Shown here piece by piece: positions 9,586 through 19,135 of a stretch of DNA of 30,652 nt (within the stretch, counting starts at the first letter, position 1; every line of letters starts with the position of its first letter). This DNA comes from an uncultured Chthonomonadaceae bacterium. Its GTDB lineage: Bacteria; Armatimonadota; Chthonomonadetes; Chthonomonadales; Chthonomonadaceae. The translations under genes and the position numbers were made by a program. Below the pieces are notes generated by a model. That model saw nothing but the letters and a program-made list of their open reading frames with translations. It searched no databases and had not been told where the DNA came from. The DNA lies in the NCBI GenBank assembly GCA_963835065.1, contig CAWIEK010000006.1, forward strand, positions 1 through 30,652, read 5' to 3'.

Positions 9586-10494
9586 TCATGTATTCCGCTT
9601 TTGTTGACGGTACAAAGCGGTGACGCCGATACCGGCCAGCGCGACAAGGCCGACGGCGGCAAGCAGGCGCGGCAGGGGGTCGGGAACGGGTGGCGGCACG
9701 GCAACCAGGCCGTGTTCGTCGGCCAGGGCGGGCGTCGGCACATAACGCCCCCGTTCCGGCATCATGGACTGACGGGCAAAAGCCTGCAACTGTCCGGCAA
9801 TTTCGGGGCCGGAAATCGCCACGCCATGCCCCGCTCCAATCGTGAGCGGTTCCAGTTCGGCCAATCGGCGGACGGAATCCTGCGCGGATTCGTAATCCGG
9901 CGTGGCGGGCGCGGGCGGGCGGTTGAGTTCCGGCTTTTGCAGCACAAAGTCAACCATATTGTCCACGTCCACCGTAACGAACGCATCCCCCGCAATCAGC
10001 GTCCGGTCCGAAGCGCGGAACAGCGAAACGTGTCCGGGCGCGTGACCGGGCGTAAAATGCCATTCCCATTCGGGCAGAAACGGCACACCGCCATCCGCGG
10101 GCAGTTCGCGGATATACGGGCGCAAGTCCCGGTACGTTTGTGGAATAAAGCGCAGCGCAAACGCGAGAAAGCCGCCAACCGTCGGATCGAACGGCGCGTA
10201 CAGCGACTCGCCCGTAATGTATGGCAGTTCCAGCGCGTGGGCATAAACCGGCACGTCCCATTCCCGCGCCAGCGCTAAGGCGCTTCCCGAATGGTCGAAG
10301 TGTCCGTGCGTCAAAATAATGGCTTCGGGGCGCGCGTCCAGTCCGTAGCGCTGCTGCGCCGCGCGCTTGATGTAGGCGGCAAACGCGGGTACGCCCGTGT
10401 CCACCAGCACCCAGGCTTGCCCCGGCCTGCCCACAAAATAAATGTTGGAAATGGCGACTTGCAGCCGCGCAATATCCGGCGTGACTTCCTGCAT
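9586..10494 (-). CDS. MBL-fold metallo-hydrolase with C-terminal membrane helix
   Basis: LVDTG, THGHFDH, TPGHAPGH, AGDA, GHG; hydrophobic tail LLAAVGLVALAGIGVTALY-RQQKR. Confidence 0.92.
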   Translation of the reverse strand: MQEVTPDIARLQVAISNIYFVGRPGQAWVLVDTGVPAFAAYIKRAAQQRYGLDARPEAIILTHGHFDHSGSALALAREWDVPVYAHALELPYITGESLYAPFDPTVGGFLAFALRFIPQTYRDLRPYIRELPADGGVPFLPEWEWHFTPGHAPGHVSLFRASDRTLIAGDAFVTVDVDNMVDFVLQKPELNRPPAPATPDYESAQDSVRRLAELEPLTIGAGHGVAISGPEIAGQLQAFARQSMMPERGRYVPTPALADEHGLVAVPPPVPDPLPRLLAAVGLVALAGIGVTALYRQQKRNT

Positions 10495-10611
10495 CCTGTG
10501 CGTCTCCTGTCTATTCGCGGGAAGCTACGGTTGGCTTCCCGTCGTAAACAGTGTACGCAGCCATGCCGCCAACGTTTGCGCCTGCGGCGCGTTTAGAGCC
10601 TATCCCAATAG

Positions 10612-10732
10612 GCCGGGCATTGAAAATACCCGGTCTGGAAAAAGCAAGCGTCCTGCGGACGCGGGAATCTGGATAGAGAATCGCGTCTGAAAGACGCTTG
10701 CACTTTCCTGCCGGGTATTTTCAATACCCGGC
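10612..10732. repeat. REPIN-like element: two inverted ~40-bp arms, each with an internal palindrome
   Basis: gccgggcattgaaaatacccggtctggaaaaagcaagcgtc (10612-10652) pairs with gacgcttgcactttcctgccgggtattttcaatacccggc (10693-10732). Confidence 0.8.
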
Positions 10733-10930
10733 ACAGGCAATGCCTTAAATTTGAAACGCACCCAGTTGAAACTTGCAGGGAAGGATTGACAAACATTCGC
10801 CGGGAATACTATACTACGCGGAAGCGCTCTTGAGGCCGGCGGGAATGTGGGGCGCAAACTAATGGAAGTCGGCAGAAACGGAAGCAGATAGAGTCGCAGG
10901 AACCGGCAGAGGACGGCAGGCAGAAAACGC

Positions 10931-11470
10931 ATGGCAGATATTTGTATGATTGCGGGGAGTCCCTCGCGGGCCGGAAAGTCCGCGGCGGTTCTCGCTTTGA
11001 TTAAGTCCATACTGGAAGCCGGGGGCTGGACAGTAGAAACGGTTGCGGTGCGCGGCCTGCCTGCCGAGGATTTGCTGCATGCCCGCCTGGACAGCCCGGA
11101 CATTGTTGCCGCGCAAGCCAAACTGGAGCAGGCGCGCGCCGTTATTGTCGCCACGCCCATTTACAAGGCGGCGTACAGCGGCGTGTTGAAGACGTTTTTG
11201 GACCTGCTGCCGCAAAACGCCCTCCACGACAAGATTGTTCTGCCGCTGGCAACCGGCGGCTCCCCCGCGCATCTGCTCGTCATTGACTACGCGCTCAAAC
11301 CGGTTCTGGGCGCATTGGGCGCGACCCATATCCTGCGCGGCGTCTACCTGCTTGACACGCTGATGCAGTTGGAACCCGACGGCAGCCTGCAAATGGAAGC
11401 CGGACTGGAGCAGCGTCTTCAGGAGGCGATACACGAGTTAAGCGTACAGTTGAAGAAGGCAATGGGCTAA
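10931..11470 (+). CDS. ssuE: NADPH-dependent FMN reductase
   Basis: IAGSPS..KS, ATPIYKAAYSGVLKTFLDLLPQ, LPLATGGSPAHLLVIDYALKPVL; adjacent to ssuD. Confidence 0.93.
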   Translation: MADICMIAGSPSRAGKSAAVLALIKSILEAGGWTVETVAVRGLPAEDLLHARLDSPDIVAAQAKLEQARAVIVATPIYKAAYSGVLKTFLDLLPQNALHDKIVLPLATGGSPAHLLVIDYALKPVLGALGATHILRGVYLLDTLMQLEPDGSLQMEAGLEQRLQEAIHELSVQLKKAMG

Positions 11471-11472
11471 TT

Positions 11473-11495
11473 GTAGGGGCGTTGCTTGCTGCTCC
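11473..11495 (+). repeat. GTAG-type REP-like palindrome
   Basis: gtaggggcgttgcttgctgctcc directly after the ssuE stop; matches 5672-5695. Confidence 0.65.
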
Positions 11496-11524
11496 TTAGT
11501 TCGCGGCTGTCAAAGGGAATTCGT

Positions 11525-12652
11525 ATGGATATTTTGTGGTTTTTCCCGACTTCGGGGGATGAGCGGTATTTGGGAACGCCGCTTGGCAGGCGGGCGGCGA
11601 CATTCGATTACTTGCAGCAGATCGCGCAGGCGCTGGAGTATCTGGGCTATTACGGCGCGCTGCTGCCCACCGGAACGGGGTGCGAGGATGCGTGGGTGAC
11701 GGCAAGCGCGTTGATGGCGGTCACGCGGCAGTTGCGCTTTCTGATTGCCGTTCGCCCTTCCATTATGCAGCCCTCGCAGGCGGCGCGCATGGCGGCGACG
11801 TTTGATCGCATGTCGAACGGGCGGCTGCTCATCAACGTCGTCACGGGCAGTGGACGCGAAGACATGGCCGGGGATGGCGTTTGGATTCCCTACGACAAGC
11901 GCTATGCCCTGACGGATGAGTTTTTGACTATCTGGAGCGATTTGCTGCGCGATGGGCGCGCGGACTTTGCGGGCGAGTTCCTCAAAATCGAGGGCGGCGT
12001 GAACGCGCACAGCCCGGTACAAAAGCCGTACCCGCCCCTGTGGTTCGGCGGGTCGTCTGAGGAGGGTATTCGAGTTGGGGCGAAACATTCGGACGTGTAT
12101 CTGACATGGGGCGAACCGCCGGCAATGGTGGAGGAAAAGTTGAACCGCGTTCGGGAAGCGGCCAATCGGGAAGGCCGCGCCCTGCGCTTTGGTATTCGCC
12201 TGAATGTGATTGTCCGTGAAACCGAAAGCGCGGCGTGGCAGGCGGCGGACGAACTGATACAGCATCTGGACGACGCCAAAATCGCGCAGGCGCAGGCGCT
12301 GATGAACCGGCGCGACAGCGAGGGGCAGCGCCGCATGATGCAATTGCACGGCGGCAGCAAGGATAATCTGCATGTCAGCCCCAACCTGTGGGCAGGGTTG
12401 GGACTGGCGCGTCCGGGCGTCGGCACGGCTTTGGTTGGCAGTCCCGAAATCATCGCCGAGCGGATGCGGGAGTATGCCGCATTGGGCATAGACACGTTTA
12501 TTATGTCCGGTTACCCGCATCTGGAAGAAGCCTACCGTTTCGCCGAACTCGTGTTTCCCCTCCTGCCGATTACATTCCATCCGCCTGTTACCGCCGCGCC
12601 GATTGCCGCGTCTTCGGCTCCCCTGTTGAGCAATCATAACATCGCCCGCTAA
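11525..12652 (+). CDS. ssuD: FMNH2-dependent alkanesulfonate monooxygenase (luciferase-like)
   Basis: WFFPTSGD.RYLG, LLPTG..CEDAW, RMAATFDRMSNGRLLINVVTG, YLTWGEPP, SEGQRRM, SPNLWAG, SGYPHLEEAYRFAELVFP; ATG 11525 after AAGGGA. Confidence 0.93.
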   Translation: MDILWFFPTSGDERYLGTPLGRRAATFDYLQQIAQALEYLGYYGALLPTGTGCEDAWVTASALMAVTRQLRFLIAVRPSIMQPSQAARMAATFDRMSNGRLLINVVTGSGREDMAGDGVWIPYDKRYALTDEFLTIWSDLLRDGRADFAGEFLKIEGGVNAHSPVQKPYPPLWFGGSSEEGIRVGAKHSDVYLTWGEPPAMVEEKLNRVREAANREGRALRFGIRLNVIVRETESAAWQAADELIQHLDDAKIAQAQALMNRRDSEGQRRMMQLHGGSKDNLHVSPNLWAGLGLARPGVGTALVGSPEIIAERMREYAALGIDTFIMSGYPHLEEAYRFAELVFPLLPITFHPPVTAAPIAASSAPLLSNHNIAR

Positions 12653-12869
12653 AATCTATATGCGAAGGCTTCCATGCGCGTAGGAGAAATTAGGTAAATG
12701 CAGACACTTCTTTGGTAGGATAACATCGGCAGGCGGCGCAAGTAGATTAAAGGAGAAACCCGCAATGAGCGCGGTTTCGCGCCAAAGCAAGCCGAGCGGC
12801 AGGAATTGCCGTCCGGCTATCCGCAAGCCTGCGCCGTCGCGCCGAACTTGTGCAGAAAGAAGTGTTCTC

Positions 12870-13772
12870 ATGATTATTCGCATGGACAGATTGCTCACCG
12901 AACTCCCGGAGCCGAAACATCCTTCGCCTAAATCCGCCGCCGCCATTCAGGAATTGCTGGGCGGCAAATTCGGCGAAATGTCTACGCTGATGAACTACAC
13001 GTTCCAGTCGTTCAACTTCCGGGGGCGCGCGGAAGTGCGCCCGTTTTACGAACTGATCGCCAACATCGCGGCGGAAGAGTACGGGCATATCGAACTGGTA
13101 TCCTACGCCATCAACATGCTGCTCAACGGAGCCACCACGCGCGGAACCAACCCCGACTCGACGCCGCTCAAATCCGCGGCGGATGAGCGGTATGCCTACC
13201 ATTTCCTTGCCAGCGGACAGGCCGCGTTGCCGTTCGACAGCATGGGCAATCCGTGGACGGGCCAGTATGTGACCGCAACCGGCAACTTGAAAATGGACTT
13301 GCTGCACAACTTCTTCCTGGAGTGCGGGGCACGCGCCAACAAAATGCGCGCGTATGAGATGTGCGACGATCCGACAGGCCGCGCCCTCACCGGCTATCTG
13401 CTGGTGCGCGGCGGTATTCACATCGTGGCCTACGCCAAAGCGCTGGAAAAACTGACCGGCGTTGAGGTAGGCAAGCTGCTGCCGATTCCCGACATGAGCA
13501 ACAAGAAATACGACGAGGCGCGCAAACTGGAAGAGCAGGGCCTGCATACCGTCATGTACCGCTACAGCGTCCATGACTACACGCGGCTCGGTGAAATCTG
13601 GAACGGTCCGCACCCGGAAGACGGGCAAGAGTTAGTTGTCGCGGACGGCCCGCCCGAAGGCGTTCCGTACCCCGAACTGCCCGCCGAGCCGCAGCTAGGC
13701 GCGCCCTATGGCGACCCGGAAATGTTCGCCGACATTGCCAAAAAGATGTTCGGCAGCACCAATCCCACATAG
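12870..13772 (+). CDS. Manganese catalase family protein
   Basis: QELLGGKFGEMSTLMNYTFQSFNFRG, EEYGHIELV, NFFLECGAR, YLLVRGGIHIVAYAKALE. Confidence 0.93.
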   Translation: MIIRMDRLLTELPEPKHPSPKSAAAIQELLGGKFGEMSTLMNYTFQSFNFRGRAEVRPFYELIANIAAEEYGHIELVSYAINMLLNGATTRGTNPDSTPLKSAADERYAYHFLASGQAALPFDSMGNPWTGQYVTATGNLKMDLLHNFFLECGARANKMRAYEMCDDPTGRALTGYLLVRGGIHIVAYAKALEKLTGVEVGKLLPIPDMSNKKYDEARKLEEQGLHTVMYRYSVHDYTRLGEIWNGPHPEDGQELVVADGPPEGVPYPELPAEPQLGAPYGDPEMFADIAKKMFGSTNPT

Positions 13773-13775
13773 GCC

Positions 13776-13809
13776 GGTATTCAGGTGTTCAGGTGTTCAG
13801 GTGTTCGGG
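13776..13809. repeat. Octamer tandem array (GGTGTTCA) x ~4 right after the catalase stop
   Basis: ggtattca ggtgttca ggtgttca ggtgttcg. Confidence 0.85.
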
Positions 13810-13913
13810 CATTTTTATACGGAATGGCGAACGCAGTTCCATAGCCCTGCTGCCAAAAGCATCGGATTCTGCCAAAAAGCATCGAAGAAGGGCAATCTAC
13901 GGGAGTAGGTTCT

Positions 13914-13950
13914 AAGCCCCTTTCCAACGCGCGTTGGAAAGGGGCTTTTT
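13914..13950 (+). terminator. Perfect 34-bp palindrome followed by T-run; probable intrinsic terminator
   Basis: aagcccctttccaacgc/gcgttggaaaggggctt then ttt. Confidence 0.6.
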
Positions 13951-14141
13951 ACGCGCTTCTCTTGTGACGCTCCTCAACGGCGATGGAACAGCAGGCGCGT
14001 CCCGCACAAACGTTCGCAGGCCAGCAGGGCAAGCGCGCGCTGTTGGTGGCCGTACCCCGGTAATTGTGACGTTTTTGGCCCAATCGCCGCCCGTATTTAC
14101 CAGATTTACGTAGATACCGTTATTGGCATTGTAGTGTGGGC

Positions 14142-14270
14142 CGGTAAACTGTACGATAGGTCTGACGCGCAGGAGGTAGATAGGTAGATGGGTAGAGTAG
14201 ATAGGTAGATGGGTAGATGGGTAGATAGGTAGAAATGCCCGTCGGTAAACTGTGCCATAGGTCTGACGCG
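14142..14270. repeat. (RGGTAGAT)n array bracketed by 28-bp direct repeats
   Basis: cggtaaactgtacgataggtctgacgcg (14142-14169) vs cggtaaactgtgccataggtctgacgcg (14243-14270), 26/28 identical; octamer array at 14174-14232. Confidence 0.85.
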
Positions 14271-14451
14271 AGGGGCCGGCAGGAGATTCTTCGTCGAAGG
14301 CGAAATTCAGGACGGAGAATGTCACCAGCGTGTTGGCGTAATGCGCGGGGGCCATACCCCTACAGCAGGACGAGAAGTGATTGCAAACAACCCGAAACAA
14401 GTGTTTTCGCTGGGAGGCGACAGGCGCGTGGGGGAAGCGAGGATGGTCATC

Positions 14452-17400
14452 ATGCAGACGTACCGCATCCAACTATTGGGCAAGCTGCAAGTGGACGGCG
14501 CGGAAACAACCCTTACGCGGTTTCGGACGCGCAAGACCGCGCTGCTGCTGGCGTACCTGGCGTATCATTCCGCGAAACCGACGCCCCGCGATGTGCTGAT
14601 TGAAATCGTCTGGCCGGAGTTGGATGTGGACGCGGGGCGCAACAACCTCAGCACGGCGCTATCGTCCCTGCGCCGACAGTTGGAACCGCCCGGTATGGCG
14701 GCCGGCGCAGTTTTGCTGGCGGATCGGCAGGCCGTGCAGTTACGCCCGGAAGCGATTGTCACGGACGTAAGCGAATTTGAAAACGCTCTGCGCGCGGCGG
14801 AAGGAACAACAAACGGAGCCAGGGCGGGACTGCTGGAAGCCGCCGTAAAACGTTATGCCGGCCCGTTGCTGCCCGACTATGACGCCGATTGGATAACCGT
14901 CGAGCGCCTGCGACTGGAGGAAGCGTACGCGCAGGCGCGCGGACAATGGCAGGCGCTGCAAGCCGAAGCCGGGAAACAAGCGCCTGCGGCAGTCAGCCAC
15001 AGGCACAGCGGGCAGGATACGCGCCTGCCCCTCTCGCCGCCGCTCGGCACGGTCACAATACTGGCAGTGGGAATGACTGCGCGAATAGCGGAAGGGGAGC
15101 GGGCGCTTTTTGAAAGCAAGTGGGGAGCGGAACCGGCCAGCGAACCGGCATGGCAAACGCCGGCCCCGATGCAGGCCGCTATTTTGCAGAACCAGTGCCG
15201 ACGGTTTGGCGGGGTTGTGATGCCGGGGGAAGCCGGGGCGTTTGTGGCTTTGTTCGGAAGCGCGGAAGACGCGCTGGAATGTGCCTTTGCCTGCCGCCAA
15301 TCGCTCGACGCGCAAACCCATGCGACGGCAAGCGCCTCCTCCGCGTTCTGTATGGCGCTGCATACCGGGGAAGTGGCAACCGAGGAAGACGGCCAGTGCG
15401 GCGCGGCGCGGAGGATTGCGCTGCGATTACTGGAAGTGGGGCATGGCGGGCAAATGCTGGGCACGATGCCGTTGGCCGCGCTGCTGCAAAAAGCCCGCAG
15501 CCACCGCGCCGCATGGGAAGACCTGGGCGAGTACCGGCTGGCCGAAGGCGCAAGCCCGGAGCGCATTTTCCAGATCAACGCTGCCGAACCGTCCCTGCCC
15601 CCTTTTCCGCCCCTGCGGGCTTCCCGGCTGACAACGGAAACGTTGCCCGTTCCCCTGAACCGCTTTTTTGGCCGCGAAGCGGAACTGGCGCGGCTGACGG
15701 CCTTGCTGCGCGCGCCCGATACGCGGCTTGTCACGCTGACGGGCATGGGAGGAACCGGCAAAACGCGGCTCGCCATCGAAGCCGGACACCGCGTACAGGC
15801 CATGATTCCCGGATTGGTCTGGTTTGTGTCGCTGGCAGGCGTGGAAGCCGCGAACCTGCTTCCCCACGCGCTTTGCCGGACGCTGAACCTTCTCCCGCAT
15901 CCCGCCGCCGACCCATTCGAGCAGATTTGCGATTTTTTCCGCCATCAGAACAGCCGCGATTTGCTGATTCTGGACAACTTCGAGGCATTGGTTACGGATG
16001 GAGCCGAATGGCTGCATCGGCTGCTGACGCGCGTTCCCAACATCGCCTGCCTGCTCACGTCCCGGCAGGCGCTCGAACTGCCCGGCGAATGGGTGCAGCC
16101 GGTGCTGCCGTTGCCCGTACCGGGCGAAGAAAAGGAGAAGAGGAGAGAGGGAGAAGAGGAGAGGGGGAGACAGGGAACAGAAGAGAAGCAGAAGACGGAA
16201 GACAGAAGATAGAAGCGGATGCGCTATCAACATCACTCATCACTATCACTCCTCATTTATCCTTCACCCCTCAACCCTCAACCCTCAGCTAATCTCCTGC
16301 CCCTCCGTGCAGTTGTTTGTCAACCGGGCGCAGGCGGTGAAGCCGGATTTTCAGATTACGCCGGGTAACGCCGACGCCATTGCCCGCTGCTGCATCGCGC
16401 TGGAAGGGATTCCCTTAGCCATCGAACTGGCGACGGCGCGGGCGCAGGTGATGACGCCGACGGAAATGCTGGACGCGCTGAAACAGCGGTTTGCGTTTCT
16501 GATCACGCGCCGCCGCAGCGTTGCGCCGCGCCACCAAACCCTGCTTGCCACCCTGGATTGGAGTTACGAGCGGCTGCGCCCCGAATTGCAGCAGTTTTTT
16601 GCCCAATGCTGCGTCTTCCGCGACGGCTGGACAGTGCAAACAGCCGCCGAAGTCTGCGAAATTGCCGCCGCGCAACACTCAACACCTGAATACCGAACAC
16701 CCGAACACCTGAATACCCAACACCTGGAATGGCTTCAGGAATTGCAGGCGCAATCGTTTATTGTGGGACGGGAGCCGCCGCCCTTTGCTGAGATGCGCTT
16801 CGGCGCGCTGGAAACGCTGCGCGAGTACGGCGAGGAAAAACTCAGCGTGGCAGCGCGGAACGCGGCGCGTAATCGGCATCTGGCCTGCTTTTTGAAGTTC
16901 GCGGAAACCGCGGCGTCGCATTTGCAGGGCGCGGAGCAGGCGCAGTGGCTGGCGCGTCTGGAAATGGAATACGCCAATCTGCGCGCGGCGCTGGCGTGGA
17001 GTTTGACCGACGCGGCGGAAACGGGAGGAGTGACAGCGGAAGCGGCGCTGCGCCTGGCGGGGGCGCTCGGCCCTTTTTTTCAGATACGGGGCTATGCGCG
17101 GGAGGGACGCGCGTACTTGCAGGCTGCGCTTGCCCGCGCGGATGCGATGCCCTCCCGCGCCCGCGCCCAGGCGCTGAACGAAGTCGGCGCATTGGCGCAA
17201 ATTCAGGGCGAATACGCGCAGTCCCGCGCCGCGTATGCCGAAAGCCTGGAAATATGGCGAAGGTTGGAGCATGAGCAGGGAATTGCCAACGCGCTCAACA
17301 ACCTGGGATTGATTGCCGAACTCGAAGGCGATTTAGACCTCGCGGAAGATTTGTACGCGCAGGGGATGGACATACGGGCTAAAATAAACGACAGGCCGGG

Positions 17401-18211
17401 GCTTGCCGCATCGTACAATAACCTGGGCATCCTCAAACAGATACGCCGCGATTACGCCGAAGCCGGCGCCTGGTACGCGCGCAGCCTGGCAATCAAGCGC
17501 GAACTGCAGCAGTGGCGCGGCGTAGCGTCCACGCTGAACAACCTGGGCAACATGGCCCACGCGCAGGGCGACTACGCCGCTTCGCAGGCGTACCATGAGG
17601 AGAGTCTGGAAATACGGCAGAAATTGGGAGACAAACAGGGGATCGCCGGTTCGCTGAACAACCTGGGCATGGTCGCCGAACAACAGGGTCGTTCTGAAGA
17701 AGCGCGCGGCCTGTATACGCGCAGCCTGGCAATCAAGGAAGAATTGGGAGACAAACAGGGCATTGCCATGACGCTGCACAACATGGCGAACCTTGCGCGC
17801 CGGCAGGACGAGTTGGAAGCGGCAGGCGTATTCTGCCGCCGGAGCCTGCAAATTCAACAGGAGATTGGAGACAGGCACGGCATGGCAGGGGGATTGCAGG
17901 CGCAAGCAATGATTGCCCATGCGCAGGGGCTTGCCAAGCGCTCGGCCCGCCTGTTTGCCGCCTATGCCGGTTTGTGTGACGCGCTGGGCCTGAAACTTTC
18001 CGCAGAAGAACAGGTCGAACAGGAGCGTATCACTTCCGAACTGCGCGCCTGTTTGGGCGCGGAAGCGTTCGCGCGAGAACAAGCCGCCGGTATCGCGCTG
18101 ACGCCGGAAGAAGCCATTGCCTGCGCTCTATCCGCCGAATACCTGAACACCGACCAGGAAGGCAGCCGCATCGAACTCTGGGAACCGCCCAAAGGAGCAG
18201 TGGGCAGATGA
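14452..18211 (+). CDS. AfsR/SARP-like regulator: winged HTH, truncated BTAD, degenerate cyclase domain, STAND ATPase, TPRs; one +1 frameshift within 16119-16209
   Basis: IQLLGKL..RKTALLLAYLAY..RDVLIEIVWPE..LSSLRRQL; LPVPLNRFFGRE; Walker A GMGGTGKT; LLILDNFE; TSR..L; SVQLFVNRA; LEGIPLAIELA; HQTL.ATLDWSY; repeated A.SLNNLG TPRs; second frame is open back through the gap. Confidence 0.88.
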
Positions 18212-18411
18212 TTGTTGCCCGGGCGTTTTTATACAGGATTGGAGTTCTGCAGGCGGTTCCGCGCCTTATTTTGCTATGTCATTTTCAAAAAGTGCAGAAT
18301 ACTCGTAGGAATACGGTATGCTGAAAGAGAACTTAGCAGTAGATAAGCAGTTCATGCGCTGTCACTATGCCGTGACTGAGGCAGACGGTTTTTAGCAGCA
18401 AGGAGGGCGTC

Positions 18412-19134
18412 TTGAAACGGCTGGAAAAAAAACACCCCTTAGCCATACGATGGTTCCACTGGCTAAACTTTCCGATTTTAATGGTGATGATCTGGAGCGG
18501 GCTGGTCATCTATTGGGCCAACGATGTCTTTCACGTAGGGCCATTTCACCTGTTCCCGGACTGGTTCTACCATCCCGGCTACAATGCCGAAAAGGAAACC
18601 GGGCATGCGGTTTACAATCTGGATAGGCGGCTGGCCGAAGGCATGGCGTGGCACTTCCTGTTCATGTGGTTCTTCGCCATCAACGGGATTCTGTATGTCC
18701 TGTACACCTTCTTTTCGGGCGAGTGGCGCTATCTGCTGCCGGACAGGCATAGTTTCAAGGAAGCCCTTCAGGTCACGCTGCACGACCTGCACCTGAGCAA
18801 GTATCACCCGCCCCGCCGCAAATTCAACGGCGCGCAGCGCATCGCGTATTCCAGCATCATCGTCATGGGGTTGGGGTCGCTGCTGACCGGGCTGGCCGTG
18901 TACAAGCCCACGCAGTTCGCGTGGCTGACGAGTCTGCTCGGCGGCTACGCCTTCGCCCGCTTTTTCCACTTCTGGCTCACAATGGGCTACTGCGCGTTTT
19001 TCGTGGTGCATATCATTCAGGTTATTCGGGCCGGCTGGAACCAGTTCCGGGCGATGGTGACGGGGTATGAAGTGACGGACGACGGCCAAACCGTGCCCGG
19101 TTTCAAGCCTGTGCCGTTGGAGGATATTGGCTAA
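18412..19134 (+). CDS. Cytochrome b/b6-type membrane subunit (thiosulfate reductase/Ni-hydrogenase cytochrome b family)
   Basis: HPLAIRWFHWLN, WHFLFMW, KFNGAQRIAY, LTGLAVYKPTQ, ARFFHF..FFVVH (four TM His); TTG after AAGGAGG. Confidence 0.88.
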   Translation: MKRLEKKHPLAIRWFHWLNFPILMVMIWSGLVIYWANDVFHVGPFHLFPDWFYHPGYNAEKETGHAVYNLDRRLAEGMAWHFLFMWFFAINGILYVLYTFFSGEWRYLLPDRHSFKEALQVTLHDLHLSKYHPPRRKFNGAQRIAYSSIIVMGLGSLLTGLAVYKPTQFAWLTSLLGGYAFARFFHFWLTMGYCAFFVVHIIQVIRAGWNQFRAMVTGYEVTDDGQTVPGFKPVPLEDIG

Positions 19135-19135
19135 T

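Noticed and set aside
8635..10278. 547-aa plus-strand ORF and similar long overlapping ORFs (2042-2965, 11510-12637, 24749-25780)
   Set aside because: They lie antisense to motif-supported genes; long shadow ORFs are expected at high GC and carry no motifs.
14142..14270. Possible mini-CRISPR (two 28-bp repeats)
   Set aside because: Only two copies, the 73-bp spacer is itself a tandem repeat, and there are no cas genes in the window.
16210..16212. TAG read-through or pyrrolysine recoding in the STAND regulator
   Set aside because: The downstream half is in a different frame, so read-through would not join them.
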